Notes: generated from the letters alone by a model not told the origin. 64,000 bases of DNA from Flavobacteriales bacterium (GCA_020635875.1 JACJYY010000004.1:232904-296903), one strand, 5' to 3'; shown: positions 1 through 10,600, numbered from the stretch's first letter. A program made the numbers and translations.

Positions 1-731
1 CAATTACCGTTGAGGCACAAGCAGTTGGGCGACCATCAGGAACCATTGCAGCTGAATGGGAAACAAAATTAGAAGAGATAAGAAAGCCTTTAGGTGTAAA
101 TTATATTTGGGGAGGAGATAGAGAAAGGCAAAGTGAAGGGTTTGGATCGCTAGGAATAGCATTGTTAGGGGCAATTATATTGGTTTATTTAATTCTAGTG
201 TCGTTATACAACAACTTTGTGTACCCTTTTGTAGTGTTGTTCTCTATACCCTTATCCATAATAGGAGCACTGTTGGCATTAGCACTTACTAACAATACAC
301 TTAACATCTTTACCATACTCGGATTAATTATGTTAATTGGTTTGGTAGCTAAAAATGCAATTATACTGGTAGATTTTACCAACCAACGAAAAAAAGAGGG
401 AGCATCTACCCGACAAGCATTAATAGATGCTAACCATGCCAGGTTGCGTCCTATTTTAATGACAACAATCGCTATGGTAATAGGGATGTTGCCCATAGCA
501 TTGGCTTCAGGTGCAGGAGCAGAATGGAAAAACGGGTTAGCATGGGTAATTATTGGAGGATTAACCAGTTCACTTTTCCTTACTTTAATTGTGGTACCGG
601 TAGTATATAACATTTTTGACATCATCATTGCGAAATTCTCTAAAAAGAAAGAACAATCAATTGAAGAGTTAATGTATGAAGAAGATAGTTCTCAAGATTT
701 AGAATTAATAGAAGCAGTAAAAATGAATTAA
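1..731 (+). CDS. RND efflux permease (AcrB/AcrD/AcrF family), C-terminal part; gene starts upstream of the window
   Basis: Frame is open from position 3 (ITVEAQAVGRPSG...). RND motifs GLVAKNAIILVDF, RLRPILMTT and LTLIVVPVVY. Confidence 0.92.
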   Translation, partial: ITVEAQAVGRPSGTIAAEWETKLEEIRKPLGVNYIWGGDRERQSEGFGSLGIALLGAIILVYLILVSLYNNFVYPFVVLFSIPLSIIGALLALALTNNTLNIFTILGLIMLIGLVAKNAIILVDFTNQRKKEGASTRQALIDANHARLRPILMTTIAMVIGMLPIALASGAGAEWKNGLAWVIIGGLTSSLFLTLIVVPVVYNIFDIIIAKFSKKKEQSIEELMYEEDSSQDLELIEAVKMN

Positions 732-924
732 ATAAAATCCTTATACCTACACTCATTCATATATAAATACCTATCAATATAAGAGTGTAGGTAGTTAGGC
801 ACTAAGTTGGAAATAAATGTTTATAAGCCCTTCTAGTTTCCATGATTTGAGATGAGTAGTTTTTTGGGTTTGTTAGCTAATAATTTTTTCTAAACCAATC
901 ATGGAAACGGAAGGCATTTTTTAA

Positions 925-1662
925 ATGAAAGAATTTGTATTAAAATATATCGGTAAAAAAGGAATAAGAGAATTATCTATTTTTATTTCATTCTTAATTT
1001 TTTATAAAATATCTAGATACATAGCTATTGGCGATGCTAGCACAGCATTTGAAAACGCACGTAAACTAATAGCATTTGAAAAAGATTTAGGAATATTTAC
1101 TGAGCCAATAGTTCAAGGGTTATTTCTTTCAAAAACAGGTTTAATTAAATTTTTGAACACCTTTTATATGTATGTGCATATCCCTGCAACTACTGTATTT
1201 TTTATATGGTTATTTAAAAAACATAATAGCAGATATTATTGGATACGAAATGGCTTTATTGCTGCGAATTGTATAGCCTTAGTATTCTTTATATTTTACC
1301 CATGTGCACCTCCAAGAATGTTATTTGAATATGGATTTTCCGACACGTTATTAGAGATAAGTGGAGTGAATTTATACAGTGGATTTTTTTCCAATTTATT
1401 TAATCAATATGCTGCAGTTCCTTCCATGCATTTTGGTAATGCTTTTTTAATAGCATTTTCTGTGATTTTATATGCGAAAAAAAGTTATAAATGGCTAGTG
1501 CTACTTTACCCTTTATTTGTTTTGTTAGTCATTGTAATAACAGCTAATCACTTTTATTTAGATGCTATTTTAGGAGGCTTAATTGTTATTGCACCTTATC
1601 CTTTAATGTGGGTGATTTCAAATTTAGCACAGTATAAAATTATGATTGTAAAAAGGTGTTAA
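925..1662 (+). CDS. PAP2-superfamily membrane protein, Aur1/inositol-phosphorylceramide-synthase-like
   Basis: Motifs PCAPPR, AAVPSMHFG, NHFYLD; multiple TM helices; directly upstream of MIPS. Confidence 0.8.
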   Translation: MKEFVLKYIGKKGIRELSIFISFLIFYKISRYIAIGDASTAFENARKLIAFEKDLGIFTEPIVQGLFLSKTGLIKFLNTFYMYVHIPATTVFFIWLFKKHNSRYYWIRNGFIAANCIALVFFIFYPCAPPRMLFEYGFSDTLLEISGVNLYSGFFSNLFNQYAAVPSMHFGNAFLIAFSVILYAKKSYKWLVLLYPLFVLLVIVITANHFYLDAILGGLIVIAPYPLMWVISNLAQYKIMIVKRC

Positions 1663-1738
1663 AAAGTTGTTCGATTAAAATTCAGATAGAAACGTAAATA
1701 GATTAAAGACTAAAAAAATAAACTAATACAGATAATTT

Positions 1739-3052
1739 ATGAGTCAAAATATAGCAAGTGCTGATGGAAAGTTGGGAATTTTATTACCTGGTTTAGGTGC
1801 TGTGGCTACCACTTTAATTGCTGGTGTTCATGCTGTAAATAAAGGTATTTCTAAACCAATTGGTTCAACATCTCAAATGGGAACAATAAGAATTGGTAAA
1901 AGAACAGAAAACAAAACACCATTAATTAAAGATTTTATCCCTTTAGCTGATTTAAGCAAAGTTGCTTTTGGTGGATGGGATATTTTTGAAGATAATGTTT
2001 ATCAATCTGCTATACATGCAGGAGTTTTAGATCGTCACTTATTAGAACAATTAAAACCAGAATTAGAGGCAATTAAGCCAATGAAAGCTGTTTTTGATAA
2101 AAAATATGTTACCAAATTAGAAGGTACATATTACAAAAAAGCAGCTACTAAAATGGATTTAGCTGACCAACTAAGAGAAGACATTAGAAACTTTAAAGCA
2201 GAAAATAATTGTGATAGATTAGCTATGGTTTGGTGTGGTTCTACAGAAGTATATATTGAAGAATCTGATGTACACCAAACAATTGAAAGTTTAGAAGAAG
2301 GTTTAAGAAATAATGATGAGAACATTCCATCAAGTATGATTTATGCTTATGCTGCAATTATGGAAGGTGTGCCTTATGCAAATGGTGCTCCGAACTTATC
2401 TGCTGACATTCCTGCATTAATTGCTTTAGCGAAAAGAAACGGTGTACCAATTTGTGGTAAAGATTTTAAAACTGGTCAAACCTTAATGAAAACAATTTTA
2501 GCTCCAGGATTAAAAACTCGTTCATTAGGTATCGCTGGATGGTTTTCTACAAACATTTTAGGAAACAGAGATGGTGAAGTATTAGATGACCCTGCAAGTT
2601 TTAAAACTAAAGAGATGTCTAAGCTAAGTGTATTAGACAGTATTTTAGAGCCAGAAAAAAACCCAGATTTATATAAAGATTTATACCATAAAGTAAGAAT
2701 TAACTACTACCCTCCTCATGGTGATAACAAAGAAGGATGGGATAACTTAGATATTTTTGGTTGGTTAGGATATAAAATGCAAATTAAAGTCGATTTCTTA
2801 TGTAGAGATTCTATTTTAGCTGCACCACTTGTTTTAGATTTAGCAATCTTCTTAGATTTAGCTTCTAGAGCAAACATGAGTGGTATTCAAGAATGGTTAT
2901 CATTCTTTTTTAAAGCTCCTCAAACACCTACAAAAAATATGCAACCATTGCATGATATTTTTAAACAAGAAATGAAATTAAAAAACACTTTACGTTATTT
3001 ACAAGGTGAAGACTTAATTACTCATTTAGGTTTAGATTACGAAGATTTATAA
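1739..3052 (+). CDS. ino1: myo-inositol-1-phosphate synthase (inositol-3-phosphate synthase)
   Basis: GLGAVATT, GGWD, GKDFKTGQT, NILGNRDG and DSILAAPL motifs. Confidence 0.95.
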   Translation: MSQNIASADGKLGILLPGLGAVATTLIAGVHAVNKGISKPIGSTSQMGTIRIGKRTENKTPLIKDFIPLADLSKVAFGGWDIFEDNVYQSAIHAGVLDRHLLEQLKPELEAIKPMKAVFDKKYVTKLEGTYYKKAATKMDLADQLREDIRNFKAENNCDRLAMVWCGSTEVYIEESDVHQTIESLEEGLRNNDENIPSSMIYAYAAIMEGVPYANGAPNLSADIPALIALAKRNGVPICGKDFKTGQTLMKTILAPGLKTRSLGIAGWFSTNILGNRDGEVLDDPASFKTKEMSKLSVLDSILEPEKNPDLYKDLYHKVRINYYPPHGDNKEGWDNLDIFGWLGYKMQIKVDFLCRDSILAAPLVLDLAIFLDLASRANMSGIQEWLSFFFKAPQTPTKNMQPLHDIFKQEMKLKNTLRYLQGEDLITHLGLDYEDL

Positions 3053-3070
3053 TTAATTTTGTGCTAATCT

Positions 3071-3556
3071 ATGGAAGATAAGATTATATTAAATACTAAC
3101 CAAAAAGAACTAATAGATAAAGCTATTGTTATACATGAGCAAATGGGACATACTCCTGCAATGTCTCAAATATTATCTTTGTTACTAATTTCGGATAAAG
3201 TAGAGTTAACATTTGACCAAATAAGAAACACGCTTAATTTAAGTAAAAGTGCCACTAGTAATGCGTTAAATGCTCTTATTAAAATGAAAAGAATAGAGTA
3301 CATTATTAAAATGGGAGACCGTAAAAGATATTTTAGAAGTCAGGTTGTTAGCTGGAAAAGTAAATTAAAAGAGGTCAACCAAAACATGTTTGAATTAAGT
3401 ACTTTGTTTAGAGAAATTTTAGCAACTAGAACAAAGTCAACGTTAGATTTTAATCATTCTCTACAAGAAATGATTGATTTTATGGACTATATGGAGGTAG
3501 AAATGCCTAAACTGTTCAAGCGATGGGAGGAAAAAATGCAAACCCTTAATAAATGA
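3071..3556 (+). CDS. GbsR/MarR family winged-helix transcriptional regulator
   Basis: LTFDQIRNTLNLSKSATSNAL helix-turn-helix plus GDRKRYF wing. Confidence 0.85.
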   Translation: MEDKIILNTNQKELIDKAIVIHEQMGHTPAMSQILSLLLISDKVELTFDQIRNTLNLSKSATSNALNALIKMKRIEYIIKMGDRKRYFRSQVVSWKSKLKEVNQNMFELSTLFREILATRTKSTLDFNHSLQEMIDFMDYMEVEMPKLFKRWEEKMQTLNK

Positions 3557-3607
3557 TAAAAGAAAACCACAGCTTTTATCTATAATGTTTTTATTGTTAT
3601 TTTATAA

Positions 3608-4948
3608 TTATACCTAAGGTGGTCTCATAGCATTGGAGATAAATACTATTACTACTTTCTAAACCAAGAGAAAAGGGAAGTAGCTAAGAAATTGACATCC
3701 TATAATAATAATGCTATTGATTTTCACCACAGTGTATTTATTGAATCGGATTTTTTTAATGCTTTTGAGTTAAGTAACGATGAATCTGAAGGGGATGATT
3801 TATTTAGCGGAAATAAGAATAACAAATTGTTCAAAGCATTAATGAGTGATTTGAATGAGTATTTATTCAGGAAACAAAAGGATTTTATTAGAGGAAATGC
3901 AGCTGAGGAATTAGTACAGCGTTTCGAAACAAAAGGAGTGTTTCCAAAATTTGCAAACAATAAGTACGATTTAGAGCGAAAGAAAGATTTAATAAATGTT
4001 GTTAAAGAGCTGTATTGTGTACAACCTAAAGTTTTTAAGGGGTTGGGCAAAGAGCAAGAAAAAACTTTTTTAGGGTTTCTAAATCTTTTATTAGATACAG
4101 ATGAAAGGGAAAATATTCTTGAAATAGTAGAAGGTATTGTACAACTGACAAAAGAAGAAAGGAGTGAACTGGTTAGTGTGTTAAGGAAAAGTAGTTTTTC
4201 TAAAATATTGGCAACAATTAAACTAATTGAAAACCGAGCTAAAGTAGTTGCTCTTTTAAAAACATTAGTTTTTGAATTAAAGAAGTTTACAACCGAGAGA
4301 AACCACATACAGAAAGCAATTGAAGAAAGTTATTGGTTGTTTGGAGAACAATATCATTTAGCCTCTGCCGACCAGAATTTTCAGCAATTATTAGGCGAGT
4401 ATCTACATATAATTGACGATGTTAAAGAGCCTCAAAAATTAAAGTCTTACGATTGGAAAAAACGACCTGATATTTTTATGTGTCGAAAGAGAAATATTCC
4501 AGATACACATGATTCGGAATATGAATTAGAAGAAAATATCATGGTTGAATTAAAAAGACCTACGGTAATAATTGGAAAAGAGCAATTCAGACAAATTGAT
4601 GATTATTTAGATTTCATCATGAAGGAAGAACAATTTAACAGTCAAACAAGAAGATGGAAATTTTATGTAATAAGTAACAAGGTTGATGATTACATAGATA
4701 AACAGTATGAAGCATTTAAAGATAAAGGAAAAAGATTTTTAGTTCACCAAGCAGGTAAATATGAAATATATGCGATGACTTGGGATGATTTATTTAGAAC
4801 ATTTGAAATCAAACATAGTTATCTTTTAGAAAAATTAGAATTTGATAAAAATGCCATTAAGGAAGAACTACAATTAAAAGGTGTAAAATTAGATGTTGCT
4901 TCATCTAATGGTGTTACAAAACAAATTATTGATATATCGGAAAACTAA
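3608..4948 (+). pseudogene. 5'-truncated gene; C-terminal part of a probable GHKL-ATPase/PD-(D/E)xK nuclease protein
   Basis: Frame is open from 3608 (LYLRWSHSIGDKYYYYFLNQEK...) with no ATG before the TTG at 3692. C-terminal RPDIF...VELKRP nuclease motif. No ATPase N-domain present. Confidence 0.6.
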
Positions 4949-5383
4949 ATGCAAAAACTCTACAAATACGCTCAACACTTTACCAAGCTTGAATTAATGA
5001 GAGCTAGGTTAGACGTTTTCCAAAACGAGAGTGGGAGAGAGGGAGTAGATTTTATTGTCAAAACTAAAACGGGTAATTATCACGAGTTGTATTTACAGCC
5101 CATCAATTTAGAAACAGAAAGAAGCGTTAAAATCACAAAAACCGTTTTAGGAGAACCAAAAGACAACCTATGGGTGGCGTTGGTGCTGTTTATGAAAGAC
5201 ATTGAACCGGTATTGTATTTAATACCATCAACACAACTCGCAAAGCCCGATGATTACATATTTATCGATAACGAGCAAGGCGAACGCTTCAAGCACTTGT
5301 CTAATTGGGAAATCAAAGTATTTACAAAAGCAATTCCAGAGTTGAGCAAGTTTACTTTAGATAATATATTACAAAGTTTATAG
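4949..5383 (+). CDS. Small restriction-endonuclease-fold hypothetical protein (DUF4365-like, catalytic motif degenerate)
   Basis: GVDFIVK...ELYLQ resembles GIDF...EVQVK; YLIPS motif; abuts the previous stop codon. Confidence 0.5.
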   Translation: MQKLYKYAQHFTKLELMRARLDVFQNESGREGVDFIVKTKTGNYHELYLQPINLETERSVKITKTVLGEPKDNLWVALVLFMKDIEPVLYLIPSTQLAKPDDYIFIDNEQGERFKHLSNWEIKVFTKAIPELSKFTLDNILQSL

Positions 5384-5769
5384 TTTTCTATTTAACATAA
5401 TTATTAGCAGGATTTAAAAAGCGTTGGCAGGAAAGAAATGCGGGCAAGCGTTTGACGTGAATGTACAAATGCTTAGTAATACATTAAAGGCGTTTACGTT
5501 TTTCCCGCCTTAGCGGAGGAACTACTTTAATAGAATTACTTGCATTTGTACAGAGAGCGTAGATAGCATATTTCTTTCTTGATTTTTTGGTTCTTTTTTA
5601 TCAAGAAAAAAGAATAAATCAAACAAATTCAGTGAACGCAGCATAGAAAAATGCGAAATAAGCCTTATTAAGGCAAATAGCATTTTTTGTATGCAAGTGA
5701 ACTACCACATAATTTTTTTGAGCGATGGCAAAAGAATAAATTTTTTAAAAAAGAAAGGCATGTGCGGCT

Positions 5770-5798
5770 ATTTAATATAATGACTAATTATAGGACAA
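5770..5798 (-). other. dif-like XerC/XerD site with 7-bp spacer
   Basis: Minus strand TTGTCCTATAA-TTAGTCA-TTATATTAAAT; XerD arm matches E. coli TTATGTTAAAT at 10/11. Confidence 0.65.
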
Positions 5799-5946
5799 AA
5801 TGATATACCGCTTAAAATCTAAACTTCCTGAGAATCGAATATTTTTAAATTTACGGAGAATTACTTTGAATACGAGAATTTAAAGAAGCGTTGGAATGTG
5901 TGTTCTATTTACTTTGCTGCCATAAGCAAAGCAAGTGAGGAACGAA

Positions 5947-5974
5947 CGCAGACATAATATCCATTATAGTTGAC
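5947..5974 (-). other. Degenerate dif-like site
   Basis: Minus strand GTCAACTATAA-TGGATA-TTATGTCTGCG; inner TATAA-N6-TTATGT core intact. Confidence 0.45.
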
Positions 5975-6011
5975 AAACGCGTTAAAGACTTAAAAAAATA
6001 AGAATAGCGTT

Positions 6012-6048
<37 letters not shown>

Positions 6049-6168
6049 CAGAAATAGGAAATATATTACTTCTAGCCATTAATTACTTCCTACTGATAGA
6101 TTATATGCAATTACGTATAATTCCTTCTTATATTTTAAAATTATATGTGTTTGCATATAATTAAAAAA

Positions 6169-6927
6169 CTATTTCCCTAAAGTTTTATGAAATACATCTG
6201 GATAATTACAGAATACGCCATCAACTTCCCAGGATTTCATTTTTTCTAAATTTTCTGGGTCATTCACTGTATAGGCATAAACATCAAATCCTTCTCTATG
6301 GATTTGAATGATTTGTGAGCGGTTCAGATTTTTATACCATGGGTTTATCGCTACAGCTTTTAATTCTTTGGCTATAGCCAAGGCTTCAATTGGATTTTCT
6401 TCCGTTAATACAGCGATATTCATTTCAGGGTCTAATTTTCTGTAATCTGTTAATTCGAACCACAAAAAGCTGGAAATGATAAAATCTGATTTTTTGTATC
6501 CTTTTTCTAAAAATTCTGAAATGATTTGATGGGTTGATTTTGCTGATCGTTGTCCTTTTAACTCGATATTCAATGGTACTTTACGGTTAATGGTTTCGAT
6601 TACTTCTTGTAACGTTGGAATTTGATGACCTCCTTTGACTTGTACTTTTCGTAATTCTTCAAAAGTATACTCTTCGATTTTTCCTTTGGCATCAGTCAAA
6701 GAATCCAATAACACATCATGAAAAACAACGACTTCGCCTGTTTTGATGACAAATACATCAATTTCAATCATATCTACACCCAACTCTAAAGCCTTTTTAA
6801 TGGAGGCTATAGTGTTTTCGGTTTCGTACCCCATGGCACCTCTATGACCTATGTTTAGCATGTTGTGATTGTTTTGATGACAGGCATAATTTACTAAAAA
6901 TAAACCGAGTATAATAAAATAACGCAT
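6169..6927 (-). CDS. Glycerophosphodiester phosphodiesterase
   Basis: GHRGA, ENTIAS, IEIDV, NIELK and YTVND motifs. Confidence 0.92.
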   Translation of the reverse strand: MRYFIILGLFLVNYACHQNNHNMLNIGHRGAMGYETENTIASIKKALELGVDMIEIDVFVIKTGEVVVFHDVLLDSLTDAKGKIEEYTFEELRKVQVKGGHQIPTLQEVIETINRKVPLNIELKGQRSAKSTHQIISEFLEKGYKKSDFIISSFLWFELTDYRKLDPEMNIAVLTEENPIEALAIAKELKAVAINPWYKNLNRSQIIQIHREGFDVYAYTVNDPENLEKMKSWEVDGVFCNYPDVFHKTLGK

Positions 6928-7011
6928 GGTTTGTTCCGTTTACTGGAGCAAATATCCATGCGTTAGATTATTTAATTATGCTTTAAAGATTATCAAATCT
7001 TTAATACTATG

Positions 7012-7033
7012 GAGACGCGATTAATCGCGTCTC
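7012..7033. repeat. Perfect 22-bp GC-rich palindrome, REP-like
   Basis: GAGACGCGATTAATCGCGTCTC just downstream of the menB stop. Confidence 0.7.
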
Positions 7034-7046
7034 TATACCATAAACA

Positions 7047-7865
7047 TTATGGAAATTTAGGGTATTTCCCAAATTCTGGGTCGCGTTTTTCCAGAAAGGC
7101 ATGTTTCCCTTCCTGTGCTTCTTCCATTAAATAATACATTAAAGTAGCATCACCCGCTAATTGCATCAATCCGTGTTGTCCGTCCAATTCTGCATTCAAG
7201 CTACGTTTGATCATACGCAAGGCTAATGGGGAACGTTTTTGCATTATTTTACACCATTCTACTACAGTGTCTTCCAATTGATCAAATGGAACTACTTTGT
7301 TAACCATTCCCATTTGTTCTGCTTCTGCTGCGGTATATTGCTCACACAAGAACCAAATCTCACGCGCTTTCTTTTGACCAACGTGACGTGCCAGATAAGA
7401 CGAACCAAATCCTCCATCAAAACTTCCTACTTTAGGTCCTGTTTGTCCAAAACGGGCGTTCTCACTCGCAATAGTTAAATCACATACGACGTGTAGAACA
7501 TGTCCACCTCCAATAGCATATCCATTAACCATAGCGATAACCGGTTTAGGAAGTTCACGTATTTTTTTATGTAAATCCAAGACATTCAAACGAGGTACTC
7601 CATCTTCTCCCATGTATCCTCCTACTGCTTTTACGTTTTGGTCTCCTCCAGAACAAAAAGCCTTATCTCCAGCTCCTGTAAAGACCACTACATCAATGTC
7701 AGCGCGCTCACGACATACATCCATAGCTTCTAACATCTGGAAGTTAGTTTCTGGTCTAAACGCATTATACACTTGAGGTCTATTGATTGTAATCTTTGCT
7801 ATTCCTTCAAAGAATTCAAATTTAATATCTGAATATTCTTTTATGGTTTCCCATTGTCTACTCAT
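7047..7865 (-). CDS. menB: 1,4-dihydroxy-2-naphthoyl-CoA synthase
   Basis: [28 protein letters not shown]. Confidence 0.97.
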   Translation of the reverse strand: MSRQWETIKEYSDIKFEFFEGIAKITINRPQVYNAFRPETNFQMLEAMDVCRERADIDVVVFTGAGDKAFCSGGDQNVKAVGGYMGEDGVPRLNVLDLHKKIRELPKPVIAMVNGYAIGGGHVLHVVCDLTIASENARFGQTGPKVGSFDGGFGSSYLARHVGQKKAREIWFLCEQYTAAEAEQMGMVNKVVPFDQLEDTVVEWCKIMQKRSPLALRMIKRSLNAELDGQHGLMQLAGDATLMYYLMEEAQEGKHAFLEKRDPEFGKYPKFP

Positions 7866-7884
7866 AATAGTTTGTTTTAATCTG

Positions 7885-8715
7885 TTAGTTCAAATAGATT
7901 CCATCTGACTCTATTCGTATTATTTTCTCTTTATATAACAAGCCTACGGCCTTTTTAAATATTTTTTTGCTCATACCCAACACTGATTTGATGTCTTCTG
8001 GATCGCTTTTATCATGTAATCCTATAAAACCTTTATTGGCTTTTAGCTTGTCCAATATTTTTTTGGAATTGGGTTCTACTCTACTATATCCAGGTTTCTC
8101 TAATACAATATCCAGCTTTTTGTCTGGTCTAATGTTTTTGATATAGCCCATCATTTTATCTCCAGGACGCAAATTATCATTGGATAAATCCGTAAAATAA
8201 ATCAATCCTAAATGGTATTTGTTGACCACCACATTATAACCTATATCACTGCGATTACCAATGATTAGCTCTACCTCTTCATTAACTGAAAGAGTAATAT
8301 CATTGTTGCTCAAAAATTGATTGGTTTTGCTTGATGCTACTAATCGATTCGTTTTATCATCTAAAAAGACATACACAAAATAACGTTTCCCAACTTGCAT
8401 TTTGTAGGCTTGTTCTTTAAAAGGAACAAACAAGTCTTTTTCTAATCCCCAATTTAAAAAAGCCCCGAACTCATTAATATAACTCACTTCTAAAAAAGCA
8501 AAATCATCTACAGTAACATAGGGTTTTAAGGTCGTAGCAACGGGTCTTTCTTCGTGATCTAAGTAAACGAAAACAGTTAAAGTGTCCCCTATTTCGAAGT
8601 GTTTAGGTACATATTTGTTAGGCAGTAATACATCATACTCATCATCTCCCAAAAACAACCCTACCTGAGTATCTCTCAGGATTTCCAACGTATTATATTG
8701 TCCTATTTCTATCAT
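7885..8715 (-). CDS. cvfB: CvfB family S1-domain RNA-binding protein
   Basis: [16 protein letters not shown]; C-terminal [14 protein letters not shown] winged helix. Confidence 0.88.
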   Translation of the reverse strand: MIEIGQYNTLEILRDTQVGLFLGDDEYDVLLPNKYVPKHFEIGDTLTVFVYLDHEERPVATTLKPYVTVDDFAFLEVSYINEFGAFLNWGLEKDLFVPFKEQAYKMQVGKRYFVYVFLDDKTNRLVASSKTNQFLSNNDITLSVNEEVELIIGNRSDIGYNVVVNKYHLGLIYFTDLSNDNLRPGDKMMGYIKNIRPDKKLDIVLEKPGYSRVEPNSKKILDKLKANKGFIGLHDKSDPEDIKSVLGMSKKIFKKAVGLLYKEKIIRIESDGIYLN

Positions 8716-8878
8716 ACTGTAAAATGAGTTACAAATGTATCAAATAAATCACTTTTGAAAGATTAATTATTGGAGATTCACGATAAGCAGTATTTTTCAA
8801 AAAAATCAGTAGTAGATATATTCAATTATCCCATTGCAAAGCTTATTTTTGCAGGCAGAAATAATTATACGTAAACGG

Positions 8879-10540
8879 ATGATTTATCCAGAAATTCCTT
8901 TGGCACAAGGTGTTATTGACCTGCTACAACACTATGAAATAAAAGATATAGTTATTTCTCCAGGTTCACGTAATGCACCACTTACCATTGGTTTTTCTGA
9001 AAATCCTAATTTTAATTGTTTCAGCATAGTAGATGAGCGTTCAGCTGCCTTTTTTGCATTAGGAAGAGCTCAACAAACTGGACAACCCGTTGCCTTAGTT
9101 TGCACCTCAGGATCTGCTCTGCTTAATTATTATCCCGCTGTTGCTGAAGCGTTTTATAGTCAAATTCCGCTAGTTATTTTGTCCGCAGACAGACCCCAAG
9201 ATAAAATTGATATTGGGGACGGACAAACCATCAGACAAGAGAATGTCTTTCAAAATCATTCCTTATACAATGCTAATTTAATGGAAGAGTGGAATAAGGA
9301 AAACAACCTGAAAATCAATGAGGCACTCCACTACTCTATTCTCAATAAAGGACCTGTTCATATCAATATTCCATTCGAAGAACCTTTGTACGCTACTGTT
9401 GATGTCAGTACGGTTTCCACCGAAAAAATACAATTTGAAACGTTAAAAACAATAGTGCCACAGCGTGAATGGAATCAATGTATAGAGTCATGGTCAGAAG
9501 CCCAAAAGAAGTTAATCCTCATTGGAGTCAATACACCTAAAACCATTTCTCAAAAAGTCATTGAATTATGGGCAAATGATCCATCCGTTGTCGTAATGAC
9601 CGAAACCACTTCCAATTGTACCCATGAGAAATTTATTAATTGTATTGATCAATTAATTACTCCTTTTGACAAAGTAGACTTTGAGCGTTTTCGTCCAGAG
9701 ATACTGATTACATTTGGAGGTATGGTAGTGTCCAAAAGAATCAAAAGTTTTTTACGAAAATATACCCCAAATGAGCATTGGCATATTGACGAATTAAGAG
9801 CTTACGATACGTATGGTTGTTTATCAAAACACCTAAAAACAACACCAGATTATTTCTTTAATGAGTTGTATGAATACGCAGAAGTTGTAGAAAATTCTGA
9901 TTATCAAACAATGGTATTAAATATTAAATCAATACGAAAATTAAATCACTATAACTACCTAAAAAACAATAGTTTTAACGATTTAAAAACATTTGAAATA
10001 GTATTAGATTCTTTACCCCGAAATAGCCAATTACAATTAAGTAACAGTTCTACGGTTCGGTATGCTCAATTGTTTGATGTAGATCCTTCCATTGAGGTGT
10101 TTTGCAATCGAGGAACGAGTGGGATTGATGGTTCTACATCTACGGCTGTTGGCGCGGCATCAACCACTCAAAAGCAAACAATAGTAATTACAGGAGACAT
10201 CAGCTTCTTTTACGATACTAATGCTTTGTGGAACAATTACATTCCTAATACGTTTAAAATTATTGTCATCAACAATGCTGGAGGTGGGATTTTTAGAATT
10301 TTACCAGGTCATAAAGAAACGGCTACTTTCAATACATTCTTTGAGACACAACATTCTTTAAATGCTTCTCATTTGGCCGAAATGCATGGGCTTGACTATC
10401 AATTCGCTGACAATGAAGATGAGCTTAAAAACGCATTAGAATCCTTTTATTTGATTGATTCTCCGGCTATTTTGGAAGTTTTTACGCCGACTACAGAGAA
10501 CGATAAAGTCTTATTGGATTACTTCCAATCACTGAAATAA
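8879..10540 (+). CDS. menD: SEPHCHC synthase
   Basis: SPGSRNAPL, DERSAAFFALG, NRGTSGIDG, GDISFFYD. ATG at 8879 follows a TATTTTTG -7 box. Confidence 0.96.
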   Translation: MIYPEIPLAQGVIDLLQHYEIKDIVISPGSRNAPLTIGFSENPNFNCFSIVDERSAAFFALGRAQQTGQPVALVCTSGSALLNYYPAVAEAFYSQIPLVILSADRPQDKIDIGDGQTIRQENVFQNHSLYNANLMEEWNKENNLKINEALHYSILNKGPVHINIPFEEPLYATVDVSTVSTEKIQFETLKTIVPQREWNQCIESWSEAQKKLILIGVNTPKTISQKVIELWANDPSVVVMTETTSNCTHEKFINCIDQLITPFDKVDFERFRPEILITFGGMVVSKRIKSFLRKYTPNEHWHIDELRAYDTYGCLSKHLKTTPDYFFNELYEYAEVVENSDYQTMVLNIKSIRKLNHYNYLKNNSFNDLKTFEIVLDSLPRNSQLQLSNSSTVRYAQLFDVDPSIEVFCNRGTSGIDGSTSTAVGAASTTQKQTIVITGDISFFYDTNALWNNYIPNTFKIIVINNAGGGIFRILPGHKETATFNTFFETQHSLNASHLAEMHGLDYQFADNEDELKNALESFYLIDSPAILEVFTPTTENDKVLLDYFQSLK

Positions 10541-10560
10541 TAGTATTTGGGTTTAACCCA

Positions 10561-10600
10561 AAAAAAAGACCTAGCAAAAGATTACTAGGTCTAAAAAAAA
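10561..10600 (-). terminator. Intrinsic terminator
   Basis: AGACCTAG/CTAGGTCT stem flanked by A-runs, giving a U-tract on the minus strand. Confidence 0.65.

Noticed and set aside
5428-5949. Integron attC array
   Set aside because: No cassette ORFs between the hairpins, no consistent RYYYAAC/GTTRRRY ends and no integrase; retained only as unexplained hairpins.
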